Shown here in pieces: positions 16,530 to 25,537 of a stretch of DNA of 64,000 nt (position 1 is its first letter; every line of letters starts with the position of its first letter). This stretch comes from Pseudomonadota bacterium (GTDB taxonomy: Bacteria > Pseudomonadota > Gammaproteobacteria > Burkholderiales > UBA9220): positions 29-64,028 of the forward strand of contig JAJZVC010000012.1 of the NCBI GenBank assembly GCA_021845865.1, given 5' to 3'. Under the pieces are notes generated by a model, which had not been told where the DNA came from, made no database searches, and saw only the letters and a list, made by a program, of their open reading frames with translations. The position numbers and the translations under genes are program-made.

Positions 16530-17222
16530 ATGCGCCCCCCGAGCTGGTCGCCCGCCCTCGATTCGGACCGCGCCGCGCCCCCTTCCCGCCCGAACGAGGA
16601 CTGGATCAGCCGCATGCTGCTGGCCGCCAGCAGCGCCGTGCCAGAAGAACTGCTGCGCCGTTTCGCCAAGGATTCCCATTACGCGGTGCGCCGCGCCGCC
16701 GCCGGCAACCTCCGCCTGTCCCAGGAGCTCCTGGCCGCCCTCGCCAATGACTCCCATTGGCAGGTTTGCGCCGCCGTGGGCGGCAATCTGCGCACCCCTC
16801 CCACGACCCTGCTGCAGCTGGGCGGCCGCCCCAGGCTGGAAATCCGCCAGGCCGTGGCGCGGAATCCCAACACCCCCGAGAATGCCCTCCGGGCCCTGGC
16901 CCAGGATGCCGACCCCCGCGTGCGCGCCGCCGTCGCCGCCAATACCGCCTTGCCCGAAGAGCTCCTGCGACGCCTGGCGGGCGGGGAACATTGGGGAATC
17001 CGCGCCTTCGCCGCCACCAACCCCCATGCCCCCGCCGATCTGCTGCAAGCCCTGGCCAGGGACCGCCACTGGGCCGTGCGCATGGCCGTGGCCGGAAATC
17101 CCTCGTCGTCCGGCGACTTGCTCAAAGCCCTGTTCCGGGATGCCGATTCCCGCGTGCGGGGCGCCATCGCCGACAACCCCGGATTTACGCCGGATATGCT
17201 GCAAACCTTCTTCAAGAACTAA
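16530..17222 (+). CDS. Leucine-rich-repeat-variant (LRV) repeat protein without the N-terminal Cys cluster
   Basis: Repeats of the type D..W.VR.AVA.NP..P.ELL..LA (DSHYAVRRAAAGN, DPRVRAAVAANTALPEELLRRLA, DRHWAVRMAVAGNP, DSRVRGAIADNP). Start uncertain: TTG 16500, ATG 16530 or ATG 16614. Confidence 0.65.
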   Translation: MRPPSWSPALDSDRAAPPSRPNEDWISRMLLAASSAVPEELLRRFAKDSHYAVRRAAAGNLRLSQELLAALANDSHWQVCAAVGGNLRTPPTTLLQLGGRPRLEIRQAVARNPNTPENALRALAQDADPRVRAAVAANTALPEELLRRLAGGEHWGIRAFAATNPHAPADLLQALARDRHWAVRMAVAGNPSSSGDLLKALFRDADSRVRGAIADNPGFTPDMLQTFFKN

Positions 17223-17279
17223 GGAGCATTCCACCGGCATTTGCTATGGTGAGTGGACTGTCCCCAAACGGAGCCCAAC

Positions 17280-17561
17280 ATGGAAAACAATCCTTCAGCC
17301 GGCCAAGCCGCGTCCCCCGAGCTCTACGCCCTGGTGAGCGAGCTCATCACCGCCACCGGCCAGGTGCTGGAAAAGCGCAACCTGGGTGACGTGGATGCCC
17401 GCACCGAGCTGTCCTTCCTCGCCTTCACCATCGGCAGCATCATCGGCATCGCCATCCGCGAGGACCAGCGTGAAGAGACCATCCGGCAGTTGGAGGACAC
17501 CATCCGGGCCGGCATTCTCTCCACCCGCGATCATTGCCTTGACAAACCCACCCTGAACTGA
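17280..17561 (+). CDS. Hypothetical protein
   Basis: ORF 17253..17561. ATG 17280 (MENNPSAGQ...). No family recognised. Confidence 0.45.
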   Translation: MENNPSAGQAASPELYALVSELITATGQVLEKRNLGDVDARTELSFLAFTIGSIIGIAIREDQREETIRQLEDTIRAGILSTRDHCLDKPTLN

Positions 17562-17751
17562 GTTTTTCGACGCTTTGAAATCCTGACGGAAGTCAACTTA
17601 TACACATCGGGAACTTCCCCGGGACGAAAATGTCTTGATCCGCCAGTGTTTTTTGTATCGCGCTGATAAACAAAGGTTATTTGTCGCGCCTATTTTCTGA
17701 GCCGGGAAAAATTTCCCTGGCGGCAAAAGCGGTTACGATTTTATGAAGCCG

Positions 17752-17786
17752 CAATCCACAATCTTATCCACAGGTTTTGTGGAGAA
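17752..17786. promoter_or_regulatory. Cluster of three DnaA-box-like 9-mers
   Basis: CAATCCACA (17752-17760, 2 mismatches), perfect TTATCCACA (17764-17772), inverted TTCTCCACA (17778-17786, 1 mismatch). Lies in an AT-richer convergent intergenic region. Confidence 0.3.
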
Positions 17787-17847
17787 CCGGGATTCGCCTT
17801 TGGGCAGAGCCACTTGGGGGCGGTTGCCAAACACCCCCTGAGGAGTT

Positions 17848-18432
17848 TCACGTAAGCTGCCCGACAGGGACAGCCGGGATTTTCGCCGCCCCGTCCTCCG
17901 GCCCGAAGCAGACCCGATAGTCGCCGCACACCGCGCAGGACGGGGCGGCGCAGGCCTTCACCTGCGCCCGGTCGCAAAGCTGCTTGTAGAAGAATTTCTT
18001 CCACTTCATGTTGCCCGTGTTCTTGGCGAACAAAGGGCCGAAATGGTCCCGCAGCAGGGCGGAGAGCTCGTCGCGGCTAGCCAGGCCCAGGTCCTGCCAC
18101 AGGTGGTCGTTGCCCAGGCAGGCGGCGGCCACGGCGCTGGCCAGCCAGGTGGTTTCGTCGCCGTCGCGGGAGCGGTGTTCCAGCAGCAGCGCCACCAGGT
18201 CGTCGTACTCCTCCGCCCGCAAAGGCGCGCAGCCGGAGCTCGCGGCCGTCCACTCCGGCGCGTTGCCGGCCTCGGGAAAATAGCGCTCCAGCATGGCCTG
18301 GAAAGCCCCGTCAACCAGCCCCAGGGGCCGGGGCAGGACGCCGGCCGAAACGCTCAAGGCGCCGGCGAAGGCGCGGGTGGCCACATCGGCGGGGTCCTTG
18401 GCCCATTCCAGCAGCAAACGGTCGCGGCTCAT
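17848..18432 (-). CDS. nifQ: Nitrogen fixation protein NifQ
   Basis: 194 aa. C-terminal Cys motif CAAPSCAVCGDYRVC, and NifQ-like NDHLWQDLGL...FAKN..NMKWKKFFYKQLC. Confidence 0.9.
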   Translation of the reverse strand: MSRDRLLLEWAKDPADVATRAFAGALSVSAGVLPRPLGLVDGAFQAMLERYFPEAGNAPEWTAASSGCAPLRAEEYDDLVALLLEHRSRDGDETTWLASAVAAACLGNDHLWQDLGLASRDELSALLRDHFGPLFAKNTGNMKWKKFFYKQLCDRAQVKACAAPSCAVCGDYRVCFGPEDGAAKIPAVPVGQLT

Positions 18433-18463
18433 GACATTCCTCCCTTCCGCCTGATTCCAGGCT

Positions 18464-18772
18464 TCAAACCGGCGTCGGCGAGTGGGTGTAGCACTTCTTC
18501 GGGCAAATCTTGGCGCAGGCCTCGCAGCCGGTGCAGTTCTGGCCGTTGGCGACGGTCATCACCTTCTTCTCGTACTCGTCGTCGTCATCGTCGTCCGGGT
18601 CCACGGCGATCAGCTCGCCGTCCTCGTCCACTCCCATCAGCTGCAGCACGTCCCGGCCGCATACCTTGAAGCAGCGGCCGCAGCCAATGCACTTCTCGGC
18701 GTTGACCGCCTTCACGAATTGGGGCACCCAGACCACGCCGCTGGGCAGGGTTACGGAAAATACCGACATCAT
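18464..18772 (-). CDS. fdxB: nif-specific ferredoxin III (2x[4Fe-4S])
   Basis: CIGCGRCFKVC and CTGCEACAKICP motifs separated by an acidic insert. Position nifX-orf-fdxB-nifQ as in Rhodobacter capsulatus. AAGGAG before ATG 18772. Confidence 0.8.
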   Translation of the reverse strand: MMSVFSVTLPSGVVWVPQFVKAVNAEKCIGCGRCFKVCGRDVLQLMGVDEDGELIAVDPDDDDDDEYEKKVMTVANGQNCTGCEACAKICPKKCYTHSPTPV

Positions 18773-18789
18773 TCGCTCCTTTAATTGAA

Positions 18790-18981
18790 TCAACCGCCCG
18801 CCATCTGCTTGCGGGCTTCGGCCAGGGCCTGGTAGGCCTCGAAGGTTTTCCGGGCCACCTCGGGGATTTTTTCCCAGTTGGTGGGCAGTTCTTCCGACAG
18901 ATCGTGCAGATCCATCTTGAGCTGGGTCGCCTGGGCGTTCAGCTTCTTCACCCGAGCTTTCAGTTCTTCCATGTCAGCCAT
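18790..18981 (-). CDS. Small helical nif-cluster protein (Rop-like type)
   Basis: 63 aa, MADMEELKARVKKLNAQATQLKMDLHDLSEELPTNWEKIPE..., AAGGAG RBS. Family assignment is from memory of small helical ORFs in nifENX operons. Confidence 0.6.
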   Translation of the reverse strand: MADMEELKARVKKLNAQATQLKMDLHDLSEELPTNWEKIPEVARKTFEAYQALAEARKQMAGG

Positions 18982-19039
18982 GCGCGCTCCTTGAATGCCC
19001 CCCCATCCCCCGCGGGCGGGGGATGGCCGGGGAGAGGGT

Positions 19040-19504
19040 TCAGCCGTAGTTGGCCACTTCGGGAAACTTCTCGATCATCGCCACGGCGGCATCCACCAGC
19101 TTGCCGCCCTCCTCCGCCAGCTTTTCCAGGCTGAGGAAGCCGAAGCGGTGCACGTCCCGCAGGCTCTTGTTGAGCACCACCAGGCGGCCGGCGAAAAGCA
19201 CCATCTTGCCGAAGCCCTCGTGGGACATTTTCATCATCGGCGACACCATGATGCCGGTGCGGCGCTCGATGGCGAGCCCGACGGCGTTGTAGAACAACTC
19301 CAGGCGCCACAGGGTTTCCGGGTCCGGATCGCCGATGATGGGGATTTCCTTCCGCTGCTCCTTGGTGATGATGTAGGGGGCCAGCAGCTCCTCGTCGGAC
19401 TTGCCCTCCCAGGCGCCGTAGGAATCCTGGGCGCGCCACTGCTTCACCAGTTCCGTCAGGAACGGCGAGGCCTTGATATCGAATGCCTCCATGACCTCAG
19501 ACAC
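19040..19504 (-). CDS. NifX-associated nitrogen fixation protein (DUF269 type)
   Basis: 154 aa with [28 protein letters not shown]...[25 protein letters not shown]. Immediately follows nifX. Start is either GTG 19504 or ATG 19492. Confidence 0.8.
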   Translation of the reverse strand: MSEVMEAFDIKASPFLTELVKQWRAQDSYGAWEGKSDEELLAPYIITKEQRKEIPIIGDPDPETLWRLELFYNAVGLAIERRTGIMVSPMMKMSHEGFGKMVLFAGRLVVLNKSLRDVHRFGFLSLEKLAEEGGKLVDAAVAMIEKFPEVANYG

Positions 19505-19910
19505 GTTCCACCTCCTCTTCGTCGAAATCGAAACTGCGTTCCCGGCCCTTCATCATCGCCTTGCGCAGCCAGGGCGGCGGGGTGCCCTGGAGCACCTGCC
19601 GGAGCTTGTCGAGGATATCGGTGATCGGCTGGGGGGTGGGCACCTTCACCGGGTGAACCTTGGCGTTCACCACCTTGGCCGCCGCCGAGCCGCCGATGGC
19701 CGCCACGTAGACGATGGCGCAGTCCCGCACGGCGTCGATCTTGGGGGCCAGCTTGTCCTCGCTGCCGTCCTCCTTGAGGTCGCCGTCGAACTGCACCACC
19801 TCCAGGAAGCGGTAGCCCTCGGGGGAAATTTCGTAAATGGCAAGGTTCTTCGCCCAACCGAAGTGGGCGTCCACCCGCTGCATGTCTTCCGTGGCAAAGG
19901 CGATTTTCAT
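19497..19910 (-). CDS. nifX: FeMo-cofactor biosynthesis protein NifX
   Basis: [28 protein letters not shown]... with GGAAAGGAAG RBS. ATG 19910 lies just after the nifN stop. Confidence 0.85.
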   Translation of the reverse strand: MKIAFATEDMQRVDAHFGWAKNLAIYEISPEGYRFLEVVQFDGDLKEDGSEDKLAPKIDAVRDCAIVYVAAIGGSAAAKVVNAKVHPVKVPTPQPITDILDKLRQVLQGTPPPWLRKAMMKGRERSFDFDEEEVERV

Positions 19911-19932
19911 GGTAGGGCTTCCTTTCCCGCCG

Positions 19933-21294
19933 TCAGTGACGAGCGACAGTTTGCGTAGTTTCATGGTCATCCTCCGGCAGGCGCCAGTCATCGGGATGGG
20001 GTTCGTGGGGATTGGCCAGCAGCAGGTTGGCCAGCTCGAACACCAGTTCTCGCGTGCCCCGATAGCCCACGGTCACTTTGTGGGCCGCCCCGAGGCGGTC
20101 GAACATGGGGATACCGGCGCGATAAAAGGGTATTCCCAAGCGCTCCGCCGCCTGGCGGCCATGAGAGTGGGTCACCAGCAGGCCGCAATGGGCTGCGCGC
20201 CGCTCCAGGTCTTCCAGGTCCCCCACCAGCAGCTCCTTGGCGATGAGCTTTTCCAGGATCGGCGATTCCACCGTGGTCACCGCCGCCTCGATCTCCGCCC
20301 CCATCTCGGTGAGAAAGGAGCCCAGCGCGTGGAGCAGGTCCGGCTCGGCGCCGATGGCGACCTTCACGCCGCCGAAGTAGAAGTGGCCGTCCAGCATGGC
20401 GTCCTGCAGCTGGCTGCGTTGTTTCTTCACCTTCTTGGTGGCCGGGTGGCCGGTGAGGTCCATCAGGCACTGGACGAAGTGGTCACTCGCCTCCAGGCCG
20501 GCGAGGCGGTCGAACAGGGTGTAGTCCACGCCGGTCTTGGCCTTCAGCGCCTCCGCCGCGCCCCGCATGGATTCGCCCACCACCAGGGTGTGGCAGGAGC
20601 GGCCCATGGCCCGGATTTCCTCCACCTTGGTGCCGCCCAGGGTGTGGGGAACGAAGGTTTCGGGGATGTGCCCGTCCAGGGAGCCCGACAGGTCGGGCAG
20701 GATGATGGGCTGGAGGTTGAAGCTCTCGACGATGTCGCGGACTTCCTCGATGTCCCCCGGCGTCAGGTGGCAGTTGGCGAGGATGTTCACCTGGGTGGGC
20801 AGGCGCTCGCTGGCCGGCTCGGCGAGGCGCTCCACCATGGCGGTCACCGCCGCCGCCCAGCCGGTTTCCAGGCTGCCCACGTAATCCGGGGTGGAGGCGT
20901 AGACCACTTCCATGCCCTCCCACTCCGGGTGCTTGTCCCGCATCAGCTTGAGGTAGCCCTCCACGTCGTCGCCCTTGGTCTCGGTGAGGCCGGTGGAAGC
21001 CAGCCCCAACAGGGCCGGCTTGGCGCGCTGGTAGATGTTGCTCACGGCCTGCTCGATGTTCTCCAGTCCGCCAAGGATAGTGCTCACTTCGTTCATGGCG
21101 GTGGTCTGGAGGGGGATGGTTTCCTTGAAGTGGCGCACGTACACCACCAGGCCGAAGGCGGTGCAGCCCTGGGAACCGTGCAGCACCGGCATCGCCCGGT
21201 CCACGCCGAGGTAGGCCAGGGCGGCGCCGATGGGGGCGCTCATCTTGAGCGGGTTGACGGTGCAGGCTTTCTTGTGGGGGGTGAGGGTGGCCAT
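19933..21294 (-). CDS. nifN: Nitrogenase FeMo-cofactor scaffold subunit NifN
   Basis: KACTVNPLKMSAPIGAALAYLG...VLHGSQGCTAFG. ATG 21294 with TAGGAGG 8 nt upstream is preferred over the TTG at 21300. Confidence 0.9.
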   Translation of the reverse strand: MATLTPHKKACTVNPLKMSAPIGAALAYLGVDRAMPVLHGSQGCTAFGLVVYVRHFKETIPLQTTAMNEVSTILGGLENIEQAVSNIYQRAKPALLGLASTGLTETKGDDVEGYLKLMRDKHPEWEGMEVVYASTPDYVGSLETGWAAAVTAMVERLAEPASERLPTQVNILANCHLTPGDIEEVRDIVESFNLQPIILPDLSGSLDGHIPETFVPHTLGGTKVEEIRAMGRSCHTLVVGESMRGAAEALKAKTGVDYTLFDRLAGLEASDHFVQCLMDLTGHPATKKVKKQRSQLQDAMLDGHFYFGGVKVAIGAEPDLLHALGSFLTEMGAEIEAAVTTVESPILEKLIAKELLVGDLEDLERRAAHCGLLVTHSHGRQAAERLGIPFYRAGIPMFDRLGAAHKVTVGYRGTRELVFELANLLLANPHEPHPDDWRLPEDDHETTQTVARH

Positions 21295-21306
21295 GGACAA
21301 CGCCTC

Positions 21307-22778
21307 CTAAGGATGAGGGATGAAGGATGAGGGATGAGGGGCGGTATCCTGCGGACGATTGTCTTCATCCTTCATCCTTACGCCTTCATCCTTGCCGTTC
21401 CGCTCCCACGGGGCGGGCTGCTTCACCTGCTGCCACACCGGGTTGGTGATCGACTTGTGGATTTCCTCCACCAGGGTGACGAAGCCGGCGTAACCGGCGT
21501 AGGCGTGGTGGCGTTCCTGGTTCACGTCCAGCCAGGGGGTCTTGGCCTTCAGCGCCACGAACTGGGAGCGGGGGCCGGAAAGCATGATGTCGGCCTCGCT
21601 GGCTTTCAGCATGCGGTACATCTCCCGGGGCGGCAGTTCGTCGAACATGTGGGCGTCGGTGCCCATGATCTCGATCACCCGCTCCCGATCCTCCTTGGTG
21701 GACTTGCGCATGGAAGTGCCCACTACCTCCATCCCAGCCTCCTGGAGCGCGGACACCACCGACCAGGACTTCACGCCGCCGGTGAACAGCAGCACTTTCT
21801 TGCCCTTGAGGGCTTCGCGGTAGGGCTCGATCGCCGCCCACACCTTGGCTTCTTCCCGGGCGATCAGCGCTTCGGTGCGTGCCAGCAGCTCCTCCGGCGC
21901 GCCCTTGTGCACCAACAGCTTGGCGATCTGGCGCAAGGCGTCGGAGGTGTCGGAAATGCCGTAGAAGGAGCCCTCGAAATAGGGAATGCCGTAGCGCTCC
22001 TCTAATTTCCGCGCCACGTTGATCATGGCCTTGGAGCACACCATCATCGCCGCCTTGGCCCGATGGGCGCAGGCGATGTCGTTGTAGCGGGCATCCCCCG
22101 AGATGTTGGCGAGGACGCGGATGCCCAGGGCGTCCAGCAGGGGCTTCACCGCCCAGAAATCGCCGGCCACGTTGTATTCGGCGATCACCGCGATGTCGTA
22201 GGGGGTGGTGATTTCCGGCTCCACGGTGCCGATGACGTAATCCAGCAGCGCTTCCCCGGCCAACTTGGCGCCCAGGTTCTTGCTGCCGACGAAGCCGGGG
22301 ATGTTGACCGGAATCACCGGCTTGCCGAACTTCTCCCGGGCCGCCTTGCACACCGCCTCGATGTCGTCGCCGATCATGGCCGGCACGCAGGTCTGGAGAC
22401 GAACACCGCCGGCGGGTCGTACTTCTCGATGATTTCGCGGATGGCTTTGAACAGCTTCTTCTCGCCGCCATAGATCACGTCCAGCTCGCCCATATCGGTG
22501 GTGAAGCCGGTGCGGAATAGCTGTGGGCCGGATGACGGGGTGTTGCGGTTGTCCCAGGAGTTGCCCTCGCAGGCGATGGGGCCGTGGACCAGATGGGCCA
22601 CGTCGGCGATGGGCTGAAGGGAAATCTTGGCGCCGTCGAAGGCGCAGCCCCCCGCCGCCGCTCCCGGCGTCAAGGCCTTGCCGCAACCCTTCTTGCGCTC
22701 CTTGCCGTCCTTGCCCTGGTTCTTGGCGCAGGCCGGCTCTTCCATCACGCTGGCGACTTTGTCGTTGAGAGCACCCAT
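21307..22778 (-). pseudogene. nifE: nifE interrupted by a 1-nt deletion (frameshift near 22396-22398)
   Basis: N-terminal part is in ORF 22374..22826 (...[14 protein letters not shown]...[10 protein letters not shown] then SRPACRP*). The C-terminal part continues in another frame of ORF 21307..22686 ([20 protein letters not shown]...). Sequence GTGTTCGTCTCCAGACCTGC would read VFVYQTCV if one base were present after GTCT. Confidence 0.75.
21309..21393. repeat. GGATGAA-unit inverted-repeat element, copy 1 (inside the nifE 3' end)
   Basis: Arms AAGGATGAGGGATGAAGGATGAGGGATGAGGGG and CTTCATCCTTCATCCTTACGCCTTCATCCTT around a loop of about 21 nt containing TGCGGAC. Confidence 0.8.
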
Positions 22779-22810
22779 GATTCGCCTTACCTCGTCATTA
22801 ACCGCTTCGG

Positions 22811-22825
22811 ACGAGTTAAAGCACA
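22811..22825 (-). promoter_or_regulatory. Sigma54 promoter of nifENX operon
   Basis: Minus strand reads TGGCACCGAATGTGC (GG/GC correctly spaced), about 33 nt upstream of ATG 22778. Confidence 0.65.
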
Positions 22826-22904
22826 TTCGGTGCCAATACGATATTTACATTTTAATACAATAAATTAACAATTAACCATGGGGCAATTCCGTCCCGCTCC
22901 CTCC

Positions 22905-22920
22905 TGTCGGAAATGCGACA
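22905..22920 (-). promoter_or_regulatory. NifA-type upstream activator sequence (TGT-N10-ACA)
   Basis: TGTCGGAAATGCGACA, about 90 bp upstream of the nifE sigma54 promoter. Confidence 0.6.
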
Positions 22921-23052
22921 ATTTGTCACACAAAACGAAGCGGGCGCATCAGGCCCGGCCCAGTATCAAGCCGAAACCGGAGGCGCCCTCGAAACATCCC
23001 GGACGACAAAACGCCACCCCCCGCCTGCGGCGGAGGACGGCGTCGGATAAGG

Positions 23053-23337
23053 TCAGTTGTCGGTTTTCAGGCTGGCGGCGAAAATCACCTCGGAATTGGC
23101 GGCGAAGTGGTAGTCGGCGAAAGCGCGGCGGATGGCCTCGCTGTTGCGGCCCTGGCTCCGGTCCCGGAAGCGGATGCCGAGCTGACTGCCGTTGGCGGCC
23201 AGGGTGGTAAAGGCATAGCGCCAGTGGCTGACCTCTCCCAGGCGTGCGCGCAACTCGGCCTCGTTGCTGATATCGATCCCTGCTTGTTTCAGGGAATCCA
23301 GAAATTCGTCGCAAGATTCCTTACTCAGACTGCCCAT
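23053..23337 (-). CDS. Hypothetical 94-aa protein
   Basis: ATG 23337 preceded by GAGGAGAAAGGA. MGSLSKESCDEFLDSLKQAGIDISNEAELRARLGEVSHWRY... The rest of ORF 23053..23832 looks non-coding. Confidence 0.55.
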   Translation of the reverse strand: MGSLSKESCDEFLDSLKQAGIDISNEAELRARLGEVSHWRYAFTTLAANGSQLGIRFRDRSQGRNSEAIRRAFADYHFAANSEVIFAASLKTDN

Positions 23338-23500
23338 TATCCTTTCTCCTCTTGATTTGTGGGAAACCCCCATAGAAAGAGTAACGAGGCAAGCTGAAAA
23401 AGGTTGACACATTGATTGCGGAACTCGGATTTCGAAATCGCCGCCGGCGGCGGAATCCTGGATGCTATGCTTAGTGCGACGACACGGAGACACCCCAAAA

Positions 23501-25456
23501 ATGATACGCATCGGCGTGGCGCACTCACTGAGCGGCCCGATGGCCATGAGCGAACGGCCGCTGGTGGATGCAGTTCGACTGGCCATCGAGCAACTCAACG
23601 CCCAGGGCGGCTTGCTCGGGGAAAGCATCGAAATGATTGTCGCGGACGGCGCCTCTTGCCCCGAAACCTTCGCCGTCCAGGCGCGAAGGCTCATCGAAGA
23701 GGACGGTCTCCGCACCCTCTTCGGCTGCTGGACATCGGCCTCGCGCAAGGCCGTCAAACCCGTGGTGGAAGAAGCCGGCGCGCTCCTTTGGTATCCCGTC
23801 CAGTATGAAGGGCTGGAGCAATCCCCGAACATTTTTTATTTCGGGACGACCCTGAATCAGCAGATCGAACCCGCCACGGAATGGTGCCTGCACCGCTTGG
23901 GGAAACGCTTTTACCTGCTCGGCTCGGATTATGTCTTTCCCCGCACGGCAAACCGCCTGGTCCGTGCCCTGGTCGAGCTTCACGGCGGAGAAATCATCGG
24001 CGAGAGCTACGCCAGCCTGAGCGAGGAGGACTTTTCCGGCGCCATCGAGGCGATTCGCGCCGCCCGCCCGGCGGTGATCTTCAACACCCTCAACGGCAAC
24101 GGCAATATCGCTTTTTACCGGCAACTCAGCGAGGCGGATTTAGGCCTCCCCGTCACGGCGGTCAGCGTCGCGGAGGAAGAAGCGGCCGCCATCGGCACCG
24201 CCATCGCTGGCCATTATGCCTGCTGGGGGTACTTTCAGAGCCTGGAGGGCCCAGCCAACCGGGATTTCGTCGCCGCCTTCCGGGCTCGCTTCGGCGAACA
24301 GCGCGTGACCTCCGATCCCATCGCCTCCGCCTACAGCCAGGTTTTCCTTTGGGCCGACGCCGTGCGAGCCGCCCGCAGCACGGAGCCCGCCGCCGTGAGG
24401 CAGGCCGCCGTGGGACGGAAACTCCTCGGGCCGATGGGGGAAATCACCCTGCTCCCCAATCACCACGTCACCAAGCCCGCCTTCATCGGGCAAGCCGACG
24501 CCCACGGCCAGTTCGCCATCGTGCACCGCTCTGCCGGCCTCATCGAGCCGTTACCCTGGCTGGGCGTGGAAACGGTCGCGCTGCCCGCCGCCGACCTCAT
24601 CAAGGAAGCGTTGAGCGCATTGCCGGCGGAAATCGAGTTCAGCACGCGCCTACAGCAGGAAATTTCGCAGCGCAAACAAGCCGAGGCGGCCTTGCAGCGG
24701 CTCAACGCCAACCTGGAGCAACGGGTGAAGGCCGAGGTGGAGAAAAACCTGGACCAGGAACGGCTCATGATCCATCAATCCCGGATGGCGGCCATGGGCG
24801 AGATGATCCACTACATCGCCCATCAATGGAAACAGCCGCTCAACGCCCTGTCCATCCTGATCAACGACATCAAGGACGCCTTCGATTACGGCGAACTCGA
24901 CGCGAGCTATATGGCGCAATCCGTGGCCCAAAGCCAACATGTCATCGCCAACATGTCCGAGACCATGGAGGATTTCCGGAACTTCTACCGCCCGAACAAG
25001 GAGAAATCGTCCTTCAACCTCCGCGAGATACTGCGGGAGGTCAACGCCATCATCGGCGGCAGCCTGAACAACCACGGCGTCCGCCTGGAAGAAGACATCC
25101 AGGACGACGTAATCCTGACGGGGCTGCCCAACGAGTACGCCCAGGTTGTGCTCAACCTGATTACCAACGCCAAGGAGGCCATTCGGGATAACAACATCCC
25201 CGATGGCTGGATCAGGGTTAGCGTTTATGCGGAAAACGGCGAGGGCGTCCTGAAGATCAGCGACAATGGCGGCGGAATCACCCAGGCCATGCTGCCCAAG
25301 ATTTTCGACCCTTATGTCACCAGCAAGGACAAAGGGTCTGGCGTCGGCCTGTACATGTCCAAGATCATCATCGAGAAAAACATGGGCGGCCGCATCGACG
25401 CCCGCAACATCAACGGCGGCGCGGAATTCACCGTGCGCTGCCCCCTGGGCGCCTAA
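23501..25456 (+). CDS. Cytoplasmic AmiC-like ligand-binding domain fused to a histidine kinase
   Basis: N-terminal about 385 aa resemble P. aeruginosa AmiC (FGCWTSASRKAVKPVVEEAGALLWYPVQYEGLEQSPNIFY). No signal peptide or TM helix. Coiled coil, H-box IAHQWKQPLNAL, NLITNAKEA, DNGGGI, GSGVGLYMSK. Alternative ATG at 23462. Confidence 0.8.
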   Translation: MIRIGVAHSLSGPMAMSERPLVDAVRLAIEQLNAQGGLLGESIEMIVADGASCPETFAVQARRLIEEDGLRTLFGCWTSASRKAVKPVVEEAGALLWYPVQYEGLEQSPNIFYFGTTLNQQIEPATEWCLHRLGKRFYLLGSDYVFPRTANRLVRALVELHGGEIIGESYASLSEEDFSGAIEAIRAARPAVIFNTLNGNGNIAFYRQLSEADLGLPVTAVSVAEEEAAAIGTAIAGHYACWGYFQSLEGPANRDFVAAFRARFGEQRVTSDPIASAYSQVFLWADAVRAARSTEPAAVRQAAVGRKLLGPMGEITLLPNHHVTKPAFIGQADAHGQFAIVHRSAGLIEPLPWLGVETVALPAADLIKEALSALPAEIEFSTRLQQEISQRKQAEAALQRLNANLEQRVKAEVEKNLDQERLMIHQSRMAAMGEMIHYIAHQWKQPLNALSILINDIKDAFDYGELDASYMAQSVAQSQHVIANMSETMEDFRNFYRPNKEKSSFNLREILREVNAIIGGSLNNHGVRLEEDIQDDVILTGLPNEYAQVVLNLITNAKEAIRDNNIPDGWIRVSVYAENGEGVLKISDNGGGITQAMLPKIFDPYVTSKDKGSGVGLYMSKIIIEKNMGGRIDARNINGGAEFTVRCPLGA

Positions 25457-25483
25457 GCGGACCCCACCCCTGGAAAAACCAGG

Positions 25484-25508
25484 AAAAAAAGCCCCCGTTT
25501 CCGGGGGC
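25484..25508 (-). terminator. Rho-independent terminator after the ferredoxin gene
   Basis: Minus strand GCCCCCGGAAACGGGGGC followed by TTTTTTT. Confidence 0.7.
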
Positions 25509-25537
25509 AACTAGCGCAATCCGCATTTCGTAGGCGC

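Noticed and set aside
17752-17786. DnaA-box cluster considered as the replication origin
   Set aside because: There are only three boxes and no adjacent AT-rich 13-mer-like unwinding repeats. No dnaA, dnaN or gidA context. It is kept only as a possible non-origin DnaA site.
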